DNA of 32,000 nucleotides, taken from NCBI RefSeq assembly GCF_007748075.1, contig NZ_CP036280.1:930001-962000 (forward strand), in the 5' to 3' direction. The notes beneath the pieces are model-generated. The model searched no databases, had not been told where the DNA came from, and worked only from the letters and a program-made list of their open reading frames with translations. This document shows positions 1 to 7,355 of the stretch, one piece after another (position 1 is the stretch's first letter; each line of letters begins with the position of its first letter). The DNA is from Mucisphaera calidilacus (lineage in GTDB: Bacteria > Planctomycetota > Phycisphaerae > Phycisphaerales > Phycisphaeraceae). Both the position numbers and the translations under genes were made by a program.

Positions 1-55
1 TTGATGAGGCCAGGAGAGCGAGGATTGCTGTGAAGCTGATCAGAAGACGTTGCAT
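1..55 (-). CDS. 5' end of a CDS running off the window; N-terminus looks like a signal peptide (MQRLLISFTAILALLASS...)
   Basis: ATG at 55..53 (minus) with GGAGA about 7 nt upstream. 18 codons stay open to the window edge and the N-terminus is hydrophobic. Absent from the ORF track because it is truncated. Confidence 0.35.
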   Translation of the reverse strand, partial: MQRLLISFTAILALLASS

Positions 56-82
56 GGCTGATCTCCGGAAGGGTTGGGGGTG

Positions 83-631
83 TCATTCCTTGAAGTGGTC
101 GACGTGTGCCCAGGGGAGGTTGCCGCCGTTCTCCCGTTTTTTCTGCTTGAGTTTCTCGATGACGATGTGGGGCAGGAGCTGGTGGAGTCGGTCGATCTCG
201 CCGCCTGCCGCGATCTGCTTGATGAGTGTGGAGCTGGTGAAGGCGTAGTGTTCGCCTGTCATGATGAAGACGGTCTCGATGCTGGTGAGTGCGCGGTTGG
301 TGAGTGCGAGCTGGAACTCGAAGTTGAGGTCGGTGACGTTGCGGAGTCCTCGGACGATGGCGTTGGCCTTGATGGACTTGGCGTAGTCGATGGTGAGACC
401 TTCGAAGCGGTCGACCTCGACGTTGGGGAGGTCGGAGACGAGTTCCTCGATGATGGCGACGCGTTCGACGGAGGGGAAGATGGATTTCTTGGCGGGGTTT
501 CGAGCGACGGCGACGATGAGGCGGTCGAAGAGGGGGCAGGCGCGTCGGATGATGTCGAGGTGTCCGCTGGTGATGGGGTCGAAGGTGCCGGGGAAGAGGG
601 CGGTCTTGGGGTGGTGGGGGTAGTCGGTCAT
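83..631 (-). CDS. coaD: phosphopantetheine adenylyltransferase
   Basis: 182 aa. N-terminal GTFDPITSGHLDIIRRA (nucleotidyltransferase H-x-G-H motif), then VAVARNPAKK and later FIMTGEHYAFTSSTLIKQIA, as expected for CoaD. ATG at 631..629. Confidence 0.9.
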   Translation of the reverse strand: MTDYPHHPKTALFPGTFDPITSGHLDIIRRACPLFDRLIVAVARNPAKKSIFPSVERVAIIEELVSDLPNVEVDRFEGLTIDYAKSIKANAIVRGLRNVTDLNFEFQLALTNRALTSIETVFIMTGEHYAFTSSTLIKQIAAGGEIDRLHQLLPHIVIEKLKQKKRENGGNLPWAHVDHFKE

Positions 632-682
632 GGGAGGAACAGTTTAGCAGGGGCGTGGTGAGCCGATAGAATAAGGGTCGCC

Positions 683-766
683 GCGGGTGTGGCGGAACTG
701 GCAGACGCGCGAGATTTAGGTTCTCGTGGGATAAAACCCGTGCAGGTTCGATTCCTGTCACCCGCA
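683..766 (+). tRNA. tRNA-Leu (anticodon TAG), class II with long variable arm, no encoded CCA
   Basis: Folded by hand. Acceptor GCGGGTG/CACCCGC, D-arm GCG-GAACTGGCAGA-CGC, anticodon stem CGAGA/TCTCG with loop TTTAGGT. Variable arm TGGGATAAAACCCGT, T-arm GCAGG-TTCGATT-CCTGT, discriminator A. Confidence 0.9.
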
Positions 767-797
767 TTGTTGACGCTTTGAATGAAGGGCTGTTTTG

Positions 798-1649
798 ATG
801 AACCGACGCCGATTCCTGCGGGTCTTGTTGTCGTTTGTGCTGGTGGTGGTGCTGCCTGGGTCTCTGGCTGCGGAGCCGGTGCGGGTGTTGTTCGTGGGGA
901 ACAGCTACACGTATTTCAACAATCTGCCGGAGCAGGTTCGTCAGATGGCGGCGTCGCGTGGGATCGAGGTGGAAGTTCATCGCGCGTTGCACGGGGGTTA
1001 TTCGTTCGAGCGGCATTGTGTGGAGGAGGATGGTTCGCCTGGGGATGCGTGGGCTCGGATTGCTGAGGGCGGCTGGGACGTCATTGTGATGCAGGAGATG
1101 AGCACGGGGACGCTCTGGGATCGGCGGCCGCGTTTTTTTGAGTATGGCGAGAAGCTGGTGGGTCATGTGCGGGCGCACGAGGAGGCGGAGGATCCGGCGA
1201 GGATCGTGCTGTACATGACATGGGCACGTCGGTGGATGCCCGAGACGCAGCCGTGGATCACGCAGGGGTATTCGGAGCTGGCGACGGAGTTGGGTCTGGA
1301 GGTGGCGCCGGTGGGTTTGGCGTGGGAGCGCAGCCGTGTGGAGCGGCCGGATCTGGAGTTGTTCGATCCGGACCAGACGCACCCGGGGCCGAGCGGTTCG
1401 TATCTGGGGGCGTGTGTGTTCTTCCAGGTGATGTTCGACGAGCGTCCGGTGGGGTTGCCGCGGCGGATGGAGGGGAAGAAGTGGCAGCCGAAGGACGGTC
1501 TGCCGACGCTGGTGGATCTGAGCGCGGAGGATGCGAGGTATTTTCAGCGTCTGGCGGAGGAGGTTGTGGGGTCGTACGACCCTTCGGAGCACGTGGGTGA
1601 TCTGGGCGAGGCTCCGCCCTGGCGTAACCCGCCGAAGCGGCCGGAGTGA
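798..1649 (+). CDS. secreted SGNH/GDSL-like hydrolase (DUF4886-like)
   Basis: N-terminus MNRRRFLRVLLSFVLVVVLPGSLAAEP is Tat/Sec-signal-like. It is followed by VLFVGNSYTYFNNLP, which resembles the SGNH block-I motif. ATG at 798 is preferred over the TTG at 795 used by the ORF track. Family assignment is from motif memory only. Confidence 0.6.
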   Translation: MNRRRFLRVLLSFVLVVVLPGSLAAEPVRVLFVGNSYTYFNNLPEQVRQMAASRGIEVEVHRALHGGYSFERHCVEEDGSPGDAWARIAEGGWDVIVMQEMSTGTLWDRRPRFFEYGEKLVGHVRAHEEAEDPARIVLYMTWARRWMPETQPWITQGYSELATELGLEVAPVGLAWERSRVERPDLELFDPDQTHPGPSGSYLGACVFFQVMFDERPVGLPRRMEGKKWQPKDGLPTLVDLSAEDARYFQRLAEEVVGSYDPSEHVGDLGEAPPWRNPPKRPE

Positions 1650-1682
1650 TGTGAGGAACGTGCAGGTTGTTCGGGGTTCGAC

Positions 1683-1711
1683 TTGACGCGGGGTCGTGGG
1701 CGGTCATACTT
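1683..1711 (+). promoter_or_regulatory. candidate sigma70-like promoter for the leader/DAHP synthase transcript
   Basis: TTGACG (1683..1688), 17-nt spacer, ATACTT (1706..1711); alternatively a 16-nt spacer with CATACT. This would place the transcription start almost on the leader ATG at 1717. Weak -10, no experimental support. Confidence 0.25.
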
Positions 1712-1716
1712 CGGGC

Positions 1717-1788
1717 ATGGACATGGTCTTTAGCTGGTTTTTTGGCTATTGGTTTACGCGGCGAGCGGCCGTGGCGGTGTCCATCTAA
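1717..1788 (+). CDS. candidate regulatory leader peptide MDMVFSWFFGYWFTRRAAVAVSI (aromatic-rich)
   Basis: 23-codon ORF, ATG to TAA. Codons 5-13 are F S W F F G Y W F, using TTT x4, TAT and TGG x2. It lies between a gene stop (1649) and the DAHP synthase start (1969) and is followed by a terminator. No clear Shine-Dalgarno. Confidence 0.5.
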   Translation: MDMVFSWFFGYWFTRRAAVAVSI

Positions 1789-1816
1789 CCCTTGATTGAT
1801 TTAAGGCATTGACGGA

Positions 1817-1849
1817 CCCCGACGCGGCTGAGCGTCGGGGTTTTTTGTT
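1817..1849 (+). terminator. intrinsic terminator, candidate attenuator
   Basis: CCCCGACGC (1817..1825) pairs perfectly with GCGTCGGGG (1832..1840) across the 6-nt loop GGCTGA, followed by TTTTTTGTT. It lies 120 nt upstream of the aroF ATG. Confidence 0.8.
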
Positions 1850-1968
1850 GTCATTGGGCCTGGCGTTCAGGTTCAAAGCCCCGACGAGTCTGATTCTGCC
1901 GATAGAGGTACTTCGTTGGCAGATCGGTCAGCCCCGGCTGGAAAGCCTGAAAGCAGAAGGAAACGGCC

Positions 1969-3009
1969 ATGATCATTGTGATGCGTGCGGGAGCCCGTCA
2001 GGAACAGGTGGATCACGTGTGTGAACGGGTACGCGAGATGGGATTGCAGGATCACCCGATTGTCGGGACGGACCTGACGGTCGTCGCGGTGATCGGCGAT
2101 GAGAACAAGGTGGACGGCGGTGTGATCGAGCAGCTGCCCGGCGTTGACCGCGTGATGCGGGTGATGGCGAAGTACAAGATGGCGGCGTTGGCGGCGAAGG
2201 ACGGGCGGCGGAGCGAGATCGAGATCGCGCCGGGTGTGTCGTTCGGCGGGACGCTGGTGCCGGTGATCGCGGGGCCGTGTTCGGTGGAGAGTGCGGAGCA
2301 CATCCTGGCGTGTGCGCAGGCGGTGAAGGCGTCGGGGGCGCACGCGCTGCGTGGCGGCGCGTTCAAGCCTCGGACGAATCCTTATGCCTTCCAGGGTCAT
2401 GGCGAGGAGGGGCTGAAGATGCTGGCGGCGGCGCGTGAGGCGACGGGGTTGCCGATCGTGACGGAGGTTCTGACGCCCTCGGAGGTGGGTCTGGTTTCGG
2501 AGTACGCGGACTGTCTGCAGATCGGGACGCGTAACGCGCAGAACTTCAAGCTGCTGCAGGCGTGCGGGCAGCAGCCCAAGCCGGTGCTGTACAAGCGTGG
2601 GATGGCGATGACGATCGAGGAGTATCTGCAAGCGGCGGAGTACATTCTTGCGGCGGGTAACCCGAACGTGATCCTGTGCGAGCGTGGGATCCGGACGTTC
2701 GAGGACCACACGCGGAACACGCTGTCGCTGTCGGCGGTTCCCGAGCTTCATCAGCGGACGCACCTGCCGGTGGTGATCGATCCGAGTCACGGGACGGGTC
2801 ATGCGCGGCTGGTGCCGGACATGGCGCGGGCGGCGATGGCGGCGGGGGCGGACGGCCTGGCGATCGAGATGCACCCGGACCCGGAGCACGCGATGACGGA
2901 CGGTGCGCAGTCGATCACGCCCGAGGCGTTGACGGATCTGATCGTGAGTCTTGCGCGTGTGGCGGCGGCGGTGGACCGGACGTGCGGGGCTGAGCGGGAG
3001 GTGGTCTGA
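1969..3009 (+). CDS. aroF: 3-deoxy-7-phosphoheptulonate (DAHP) synthase, type I-beta, with N-terminal ferredoxin-like regulatory domain
   Basis: 346 aa. The core ([59 protein letters not shown]) matches the KDO8P/DAHP I-beta family. The ~70-aa N-terminal extension MIIVMRAG...VDRVMRV resembles the Thermotoga-type regulatory domain. AAGGAA lies upstream of the ATG. Confidence 0.92.
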   Translation: MIIVMRAGARQEQVDHVCERVREMGLQDHPIVGTDLTVVAVIGDENKVDGGVIEQLPGVDRVMRVMAKYKMAALAAKDGRRSEIEIAPGVSFGGTLVPVIAGPCSVESAEHILACAQAVKASGAHALRGGAFKPRTNPYAFQGHGEEGLKMLAAAREATGLPIVTEVLTPSEVGLVSEYADCLQIGTRNAQNFKLLQACGQQPKPVLYKRGMAMTIEEYLQAAEYILAAGNPNVILCERGIRTFEDHTRNTLSLSAVPELHQRTHLPVVIDPSHGTGHARLVPDMARAAMAAGADGLAIEMHPDPEHAMTDGAQSITPEALTDLIVSLARVAAAVDRTCGAEREVV

Positions 3010-3076
3010 GCAGGTGGAGAAAAGACTGGGAACGGGTTGAGCCATGGGCTAAACTGTAAGGTACAGGAATGCGTGA

Positions 3077-3322
3077 ATGATGAACAAGATCACCATACCC
3101 ATCCCGGACGATCTCGCAGAGGATCAGGTTCGTGAGCTTGAGGGGTATCTATCGGATCAGGTTCGTGCGATCACCGGCGAGTTTGAGGGTGTGGCGATCA
3201 CCGCCACGGCTCGGGAGGAGATCGCGCGACGGATTCGAGCCGGGCTGGAAGCGTTGCGTGCGGGCGAGGTGTTCACGTCGGCCGAGGCGAGGGCGCGGCT
3301 GGAGAAGAAGCTACGGGGTTAA
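3077..3322 (+). CDS. putative type II antitoxin, partner of the ParE-like toxin
   Basis: 81 aa, acidic/helical. It ends 9 nt before the toxin gene, the classic antitoxin-toxin order. The antitoxin family is not recognised from sequence alone. Confidence 0.5.
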   Translation: MMNKITIPIPDDLAEDQVRELEGYLSDQVRAITGEFEGVAITATAREEIARRIRAGLEALRAGEVFTSAEARARLEKKLRG

Positions 3323-3331
3323 GTCGGGTCG

Positions 3332-3634
3332 ATGACGTATCGCGTTGTTTATTCCGGGCCGTTCCAGCGCGACCTTGAGTGTCACGTGGATTATCTGCTG
3401 GGGTCATCCGTTTCGATTGAAACGATCGAGGCCTGGTACAGCCGGTTGTACTCCCGGCTGGAGGGTCTTGAGGTCTGGCCGCGTTTGTATCCGGTGGATG
3501 AGCGTTATTCGGAGATGGTTGGGCATGAGGTCCGGAAGATCAATTTCGGTGACTACCTGATGTTCTATTGTGTTGAGGAGTCCGCTCGTCGGGTGATCCT
3601 GTTGGCTTTTTATCACGGGGCACGGCAGCGGTGA
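3332..3634 (+). CDS. ParE/RelE-family type II toxin
   Basis: 100 aa. The pattern YRVVYS..FQRDLECHVDYL...WP..YP....EVRKINFGDYLMFYCVEE..RRVILLAFYHGAR follows the ParE fold signature (N-terminal hairpin helices, then a Y-x-I/L-x-Y..V-x-I-L-x-hydrophobic-x-H C-terminal sheet). Confidence 0.65.
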   Translation: MTYRVVYSGPFQRDLECHVDYLLGSSVSIETIEAWYSRLYSRLEGLEVWPRLYPVDERYSEMVGHEVRKINFGDYLMFYCVEESARRVILLAFYHGARQR

Positions 3635-3727
3635 TACCGGGTGTCGCGCATGCTGTATCGGTTGAGTGGACGTGCGGGGCTGGCGTGAGGGTATAAACTG
3701 TGGGTCACCTCGAACCGGGAGCCGCTT

Positions 3728-4135
3728 ATGTGGGAAGACTTCTTCGCGAATTACTACGACGTTGTGGATGGCTGGGAGCAGGGTCAGCGTGAGGCGCTGG
3801 TCGATGCGATGGTGTGGACGATGTACGCGGACCGTCACCTGTCGGATGACGAGCGTGGGAGCATCGAGTCGCAGGCGAAGGAGGTCGAGTGGAACAGCCG
3901 GGTGCCGATCGCGGACTACGTGCTGCAGTCGGTTTCGCGGCTGCGTCAGGTCCTGGGTGATGAGGCGAAGGAGGAGGCATATCTCAAGGACATCGTCGAT
4001 CGCCTGGCGACCGAGCCGGCGTGTCGTCAGGCGGTGGAGAGCTGCCGGGCGGTGGCGTTGAGTGATTGTGACGAGGACGCGCGGGAGCACGTGTTTCTGA
4101 GTCGTCTGGAGGGTGCGATCAAGGGGGAGGGGTAG
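3728..4135 (+). CDS. hypothetical protein, weakly TerB-like
   Basis: 135 aa, acidic. Its G/C-ending codon bias matches the neighbouring genes. REALVDAMVWTMYADRHLSDDERGSIE is reminiscent of TerB/DjlA-N repeats, but this is weak. Confidence 0.5.
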   Translation: MWEDFFANYYDVVDGWEQGQREALVDAMVWTMYADRHLSDDERGSIESQAKEVEWNSRVPIADYVLQSVSRLRQVLGDEAKEEAYLKDIVDRLATEPACRQAVESCRAVALSDCDEDAREHVFLSRLEGAIKGEG

Positions 4136-4140
4136 GTTTC

Positions 4141-5058
4141 TCAATACATCAGCACATCGACGATGCCGGCTGCGCCGAGGATGAGGCTGATGATTCCGTT
4201 CAGGGTGAAGAAGGCGACGTCGAGGTGCTTGGTGTGGCTGCGTGCAACGATGGCGTGCTCGGTGATGAGCAGGGCGAGGGCGATGCCTGAGGCGAGTGCG
4301 AAGAAGGCGCCGAGGTGGATGGCGGTGGCGGCGAGGATGACGAGCAGGGCGGCGGCTGTGAGGTGGAGGGTTCGGCTGAGCCAGAGCGCGGCGGTGAGGC
4401 CGAGGCGGGCGGGGATGGAGAAGATGTTGTGCTGGCGGTCGTGTTCGAGGTCGGCGAGGGCGTAGAGGATGTCGAAGCCGGCGACCCAGCCGAGGACGAA
4501 GCCGCTGAGGAGCCAGGTGTCGGGGCGGGTGAGGAAGGCGGGTTCGATGGCGAGCGCGGCGGCGAGGGGGCTGAGTCCGAGGGCGACGCCTAGCACGAGG
4601 TGGCAGAGGGCGGTGAAGCGTTTGGTGAGGCTGTAGAGGGCGAGGACGAGGAGGACGGCGGGGCTGAGGAGCAGTGGCCATGGGTTGTTGAGAAGGAGGA
4701 AGCCGGCGGCGCCGAGGATGAGCAGGGCGGCGGAGGCGAGGCAGGCGACGAGCATCTGCGGGCGGGTGACACGGCCTGCGGGGAGGGCCCGTCCGGCGGT
4801 GCGGGGGTTGTCGGCGTCGAGGCGTGCGTCGGCCCAGCGGTTGAAGGTCATTGCGAAGGTTCGTGCGGCGACCATGCAGAAGAGGATGAGCGCCCACTCG
4901 GCGGCGGAGGGGAGGCGGTCGACGCCTGCGGCGGCGAGGAACATGGCGAGCAGGGCGAAGGGTAGTGCGAAAACGGTGTGGCTGAGCTTGATGTCGGCGG
5001 CGATGGCGTGGAGGAGCGCAAGGGGGCTGCGTGGTGCGGGGGCGGAGTCAGTCGTCAT
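4141..5058 (-). CDS. UbiA-family aromatic prenyltransferase (4-hydroxybenzoate polyprenyltransferase-like / MqnP-like)
   Basis: 305 aa, polytopic. It carries NRWADARLDADNPRTAGRALPAG (first Asp-rich motif region) and DILYALADLEHDR (second motif). It overlaps the ubiX stop by 11 nt. Confidence 0.85.
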   Translation of the reverse strand: MTTDSAPAPRSPLALLHAIAADIKLSHTVFALPFALLAMFLAAAGVDRLPSAAEWALILFCMVAARTFAMTFNRWADARLDADNPRTAGRALPAGRVTRPQMLVACLASAALLILGAAGFLLLNNPWPLLLSPAVLLVLALYSLTKRFTALCHLVLGVALGLSPLAAALAIEPAFLTRPDTWLLSGFVLGWVAGFDILYALADLEHDRQHNIFSIPARLGLTAALWLSRTLHLTAAALLVILAATAIHLGAFFALASGIALALLITEHAIVARSHTKHLDVAFFTLNGIISLILGAAGIVDVLMY

Positions 5059-5713
5059 GGCCGTCGTCTTCCCGGGCGAGCTGGTCGGCCCATCGGACGT
5101 TAAGGTCGTGCTCGATGTCGAGGTGGTCGAGGCAGCGTCCGACGATGAAGTCGATGATGGCGTCGATGGTCTTGGGGAGCATGTAGAAGCCGGGGTTGGC
5201 GGGGAGCAGGAGTGCGCCGGCTTCGGTGGCGGTTTTCATGTTGTTGATATCGATGAGGTTGAGGGGTGTTTCGCGGTGGACGAGGATGAGTTTGCGGCGC
5301 TCTTTGAGGGTGACGTGTGCGGCGCGGTGGATGAGGTTCTGGCTGATGCCGTTGGCGATGGCCCCGAGGGAGTTGGAGGAGCAGGGGATGACGATCATGC
5401 CGTCGTGGCGGAAGGAGCCGGAGGCGATGGTGGCACCGACGTCGCGGTATGCGTGGAGCCTGATGCGTCCGCCGGTGGCGGGGTTTTCGGTGGTGGTGGC
5501 GTTGAGGGTGACGGCGTCGGGTCCGGCGAGGGCCTGGAGGTCGATGGTTTCCATGCCCAGTTCGTCGTGGAGCAGGCGTCGGCCCAGGGGTGAGACGACG
5601 AGGTGGACCTCGCGGCCGGCGGCGACGGCGTGTTGGACGAGGCGGGCGGCGTAGGGTGCTCCGCTGGCGCCGGTGATGCCGACGACGATCCGGGATGTGG
5701 TGTTGCTGGGCAC
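5048..5713 (-). CDS. ubiX: flavin prenyltransferase UbiX
   Basis: 221 aa. IVVGITGASGAPYAARL, VHLVVSP, MIVIPCSSNSLGAIANG and LILVHRETPL are typical of the UbiX/Pad1 family. GTG start at 5713. Confidence 0.9.
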   Translation of the reverse strand: MPSNTTSRIVVGITGASGAPYAARLVQHAVAAGREVHLVVSPLGRRLLHDELGMETIDLQALAGPDAVTLNATTTENPATGGRIRLHAYRDVGATIASGSFRHDGMIVIPCSSNSLGAIANGISQNLIHRAAHVTLKERRKLILVHRETPLNLIDINNMKTATEAGALLLPANPGFYMLPKTIDAIIDFIVGRCLDHLDIEHDLNVRWADQLAREDDGHDD

Positions 5714-5758
5714 GTTCGGGCTCCGGGGACAGTTTAGGAGCCGGGCGTGAGCGGGGCT

Positions 5759-6559
5759 CTAGCGCTTCTCTTTGACGATGGTGACGGTGATGCCTTGCTG
5801 GGTTGTGCTGATGTCGGTCACGCGGACGTCGGTTTTGCGGTCCATGGGGAAGACGGGGTCGAAGGACTTGCCGTTAAAGGCGTCGGCGAGTGTTTTGGCG
5901 CTGCTGGAGGCATTCTTTTTGGCGTACTCGCGGAGTCTCAGGCTGATGTTGTTGCTGGGCATTCGGAGGTGTCCGGCCTCGATGCCGGTGACGGTGACGG
6001 TGGCGGTGTCATGCGTGTTGATCTGGAGTTTGAGGAAGACGGAGACCCATCCGGAGATGCCGTCGCTGGACATTCTGAAGGCGAGTGCGAGTCTGCCGTC
6101 CTTGTGGGTGAGCAGGTAGTCGCGGGCGAACTGCGGCAGTTGACCGCCCTGGTTGCGGACCCAGCTGTCGAGTCGCTGGCTGAGCCAGGCGTTGATCTCG
6201 TCGTAGGACATCGTGATGGTCTGGGGGGCGTTCTCGTCGTCTTCGGAGCTGTTGCGGGCGAGGCTGAGGTCGGGGCTGGTGCCGGCCGAGGCGGTGCCCT
6301 GGAGCAGTTGCCGTGTGCTGTTATCGATGGAACTGGCGTTGTCGCCAAGGCGGTTGGTGAATCGCTGCTCGAGGCTTTCGGCGATCTGGCTGAGTTTGGG
6401 CTGGGGTGTCTGCTCGATGAAGGCCTGTGCCTGTCGTACGTGTCCGGGCGTGGCCAGGAGCAGGTAGGCGAGGACGCCAACGGTGGCGAGTCCGAGGGCC
6501 AGCAGTCCGAGTGTGATTTTGACGATCGGGATGCGCCGCTTCCTGCTCGGTTCAGACAT
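5759..6559 (-). CDS. membrane-anchored hypothetical protein
   Basis: I trimmed the track ORF (5759..6715) to the ATG at 6559, which has AAGGAA 6 nt upstream and removes the overlap with the upstream gene. MSEPSRKRRIPIVKITLGLLALGLATVGVLAYLLL looks like a single N-terminal TM anchor. No family recognised. Confidence 0.6.
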   Translation of the reverse strand: MSEPSRKRRIPIVKITLGLLALGLATVGVLAYLLLATPGHVRQAQAFIEQTPQPKLSQIAESLEQRFTNRLGDNASSIDNSTRQLLQGTASAGTSPDLSLARNSSEDDENAPQTITMSYDEINAWLSQRLDSWVRNQGGQLPQFARDYLLTHKDGRLALAFRMSSDGISGWVSVFLKLQINTHDTATVTVTGIEAGHLRMPSNNISLRLREYAKKNASSSAKTLADAFNGKSFDPVFPMDRKTDVRVTDISTTQQGITVTIVKEKR

Positions 6560-6590
6560 GACGTTTCCTTGTGCCGGGAGAGGGTCGGGT

Positions 6591-7346
6591 TCAGGTCGTC
6601 GTCTTGCTATCGGACGTTGTGTGGGTCCGCTGGAGTAGCCTGGCGTATTCGTAGAGCCGTTGGTGGAGCAACTCGTGGTCGGGTATGGCGTCGACGGCCT
6701 GGGCGATCTGGTCAAGGCTGGCTGGTGTGGCGGGGGGGGTGTTGAGGGCGGTGAGTGCGGCGTTGCCGAGGGTTTCGCAGGCGGCCTGGAACCACGTCGA
6801 TCCGGTGACGGCGTGTTTGTGGCGGGGTTCGATCCAGGTGTCGATGGGGATGTCGCCGGGCGGGGCGGGGATTTCGGCGGTCAGGTTGTTGTCGCCCCAG
6901 CTGCGTGCGACGCGGCTGGGTCCGGAGCCGCCGGCGAGGAGGAGTTCTACCCAGAGTCGGCGTTGGCGGCAGGTTTCCCAGATGATTCGGGTGTCGTCGG
7001 GGGTGAGTGGGGCGGTGACGACGATCTGTGCGGCGCAGATTTCGCCGGGTTGTTTGCCCGGGTGGGTGAAGGGCTTGGGGCCGGGCGGTGGGCCCTGTGA
7101 TGCGAGGTCGTCGAGGAGGGCGTCGCGGTCGTGTGTGCCGATGAGGAGCCAGCCCTCGGCCGCGATGGTGCGGCGCATGCGTCGGCATTCCTGGAGGGGC
7201 ATCAGGATGCGTGCGTAGTCGTCCCAGGCTTCGCTGCTTCGGGCGAGGTCGCGTGCCTGCTCGCAGAGGGACTCGGTGGTGAGGTAGTCGCGTTCGAGCA
7301 GGGCTTGGCTCGCGCGGTTCATGAGGTCGGTGAGGGATGTATTCAC
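6591..7346 (-). CDS. hypothetical protein
   Basis: 251 aa, GTG start. Codon bias matches the neighbours and it is tightly spaced with the flanking minus-strand genes. No family recognised. Confidence 0.55.
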   Translation of the reverse strand: MNTSLTDLMNRASQALLERDYLTTESLCEQARDLARSSEAWDDYARILMPLQECRRMRRTIAAEGWLLIGTHDRDALLDDLASQGPPPGPKPFTHPGKQPGEICAAQIVVTAPLTPDDTRIIWETCRQRRLWVELLLAGGSGPSRVARSWGDNNLTAEIPAPPGDIPIDTWIEPRHKHAVTGSTWFQAACETLGNAALTALNTPPATPASLDQIAQAVDAIPDHELLHQRLYEYARLLQRTHTTSDSKTTT

Positions 7347-7355
7347 GCCGTGATT

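Noticed and set aside
1809-2024. 71-aa plus-strand ORF overlapping the terminator and the aroF start
   Set aside because: It begins inside the terminator hairpin, runs out of frame into aroF, and has no coding signature. The region is better explained as the attenuator and 5' UTR.
3404-4897. 497-aa minus-strand ORF, with similar long Arg/Pro/His-rich ORFs at 1873..3045, 6712..8127, 13026..13946 and 15604..16557
   Set aside because: These are typical shadow ORFs of a GC-rich genome. They have extreme R/P/H/T composition, overlap genes with clear family signatures in other frames, and have no recognisable domains.
6732-6739. G8 homopolymer inside the 251-aa hypothetical gene as a phase-variation tract
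   Set aside because: Runs of this length are expected by chance several times in 32 kb at this base composition. It is mid-gene in a protein with no evident surface role.
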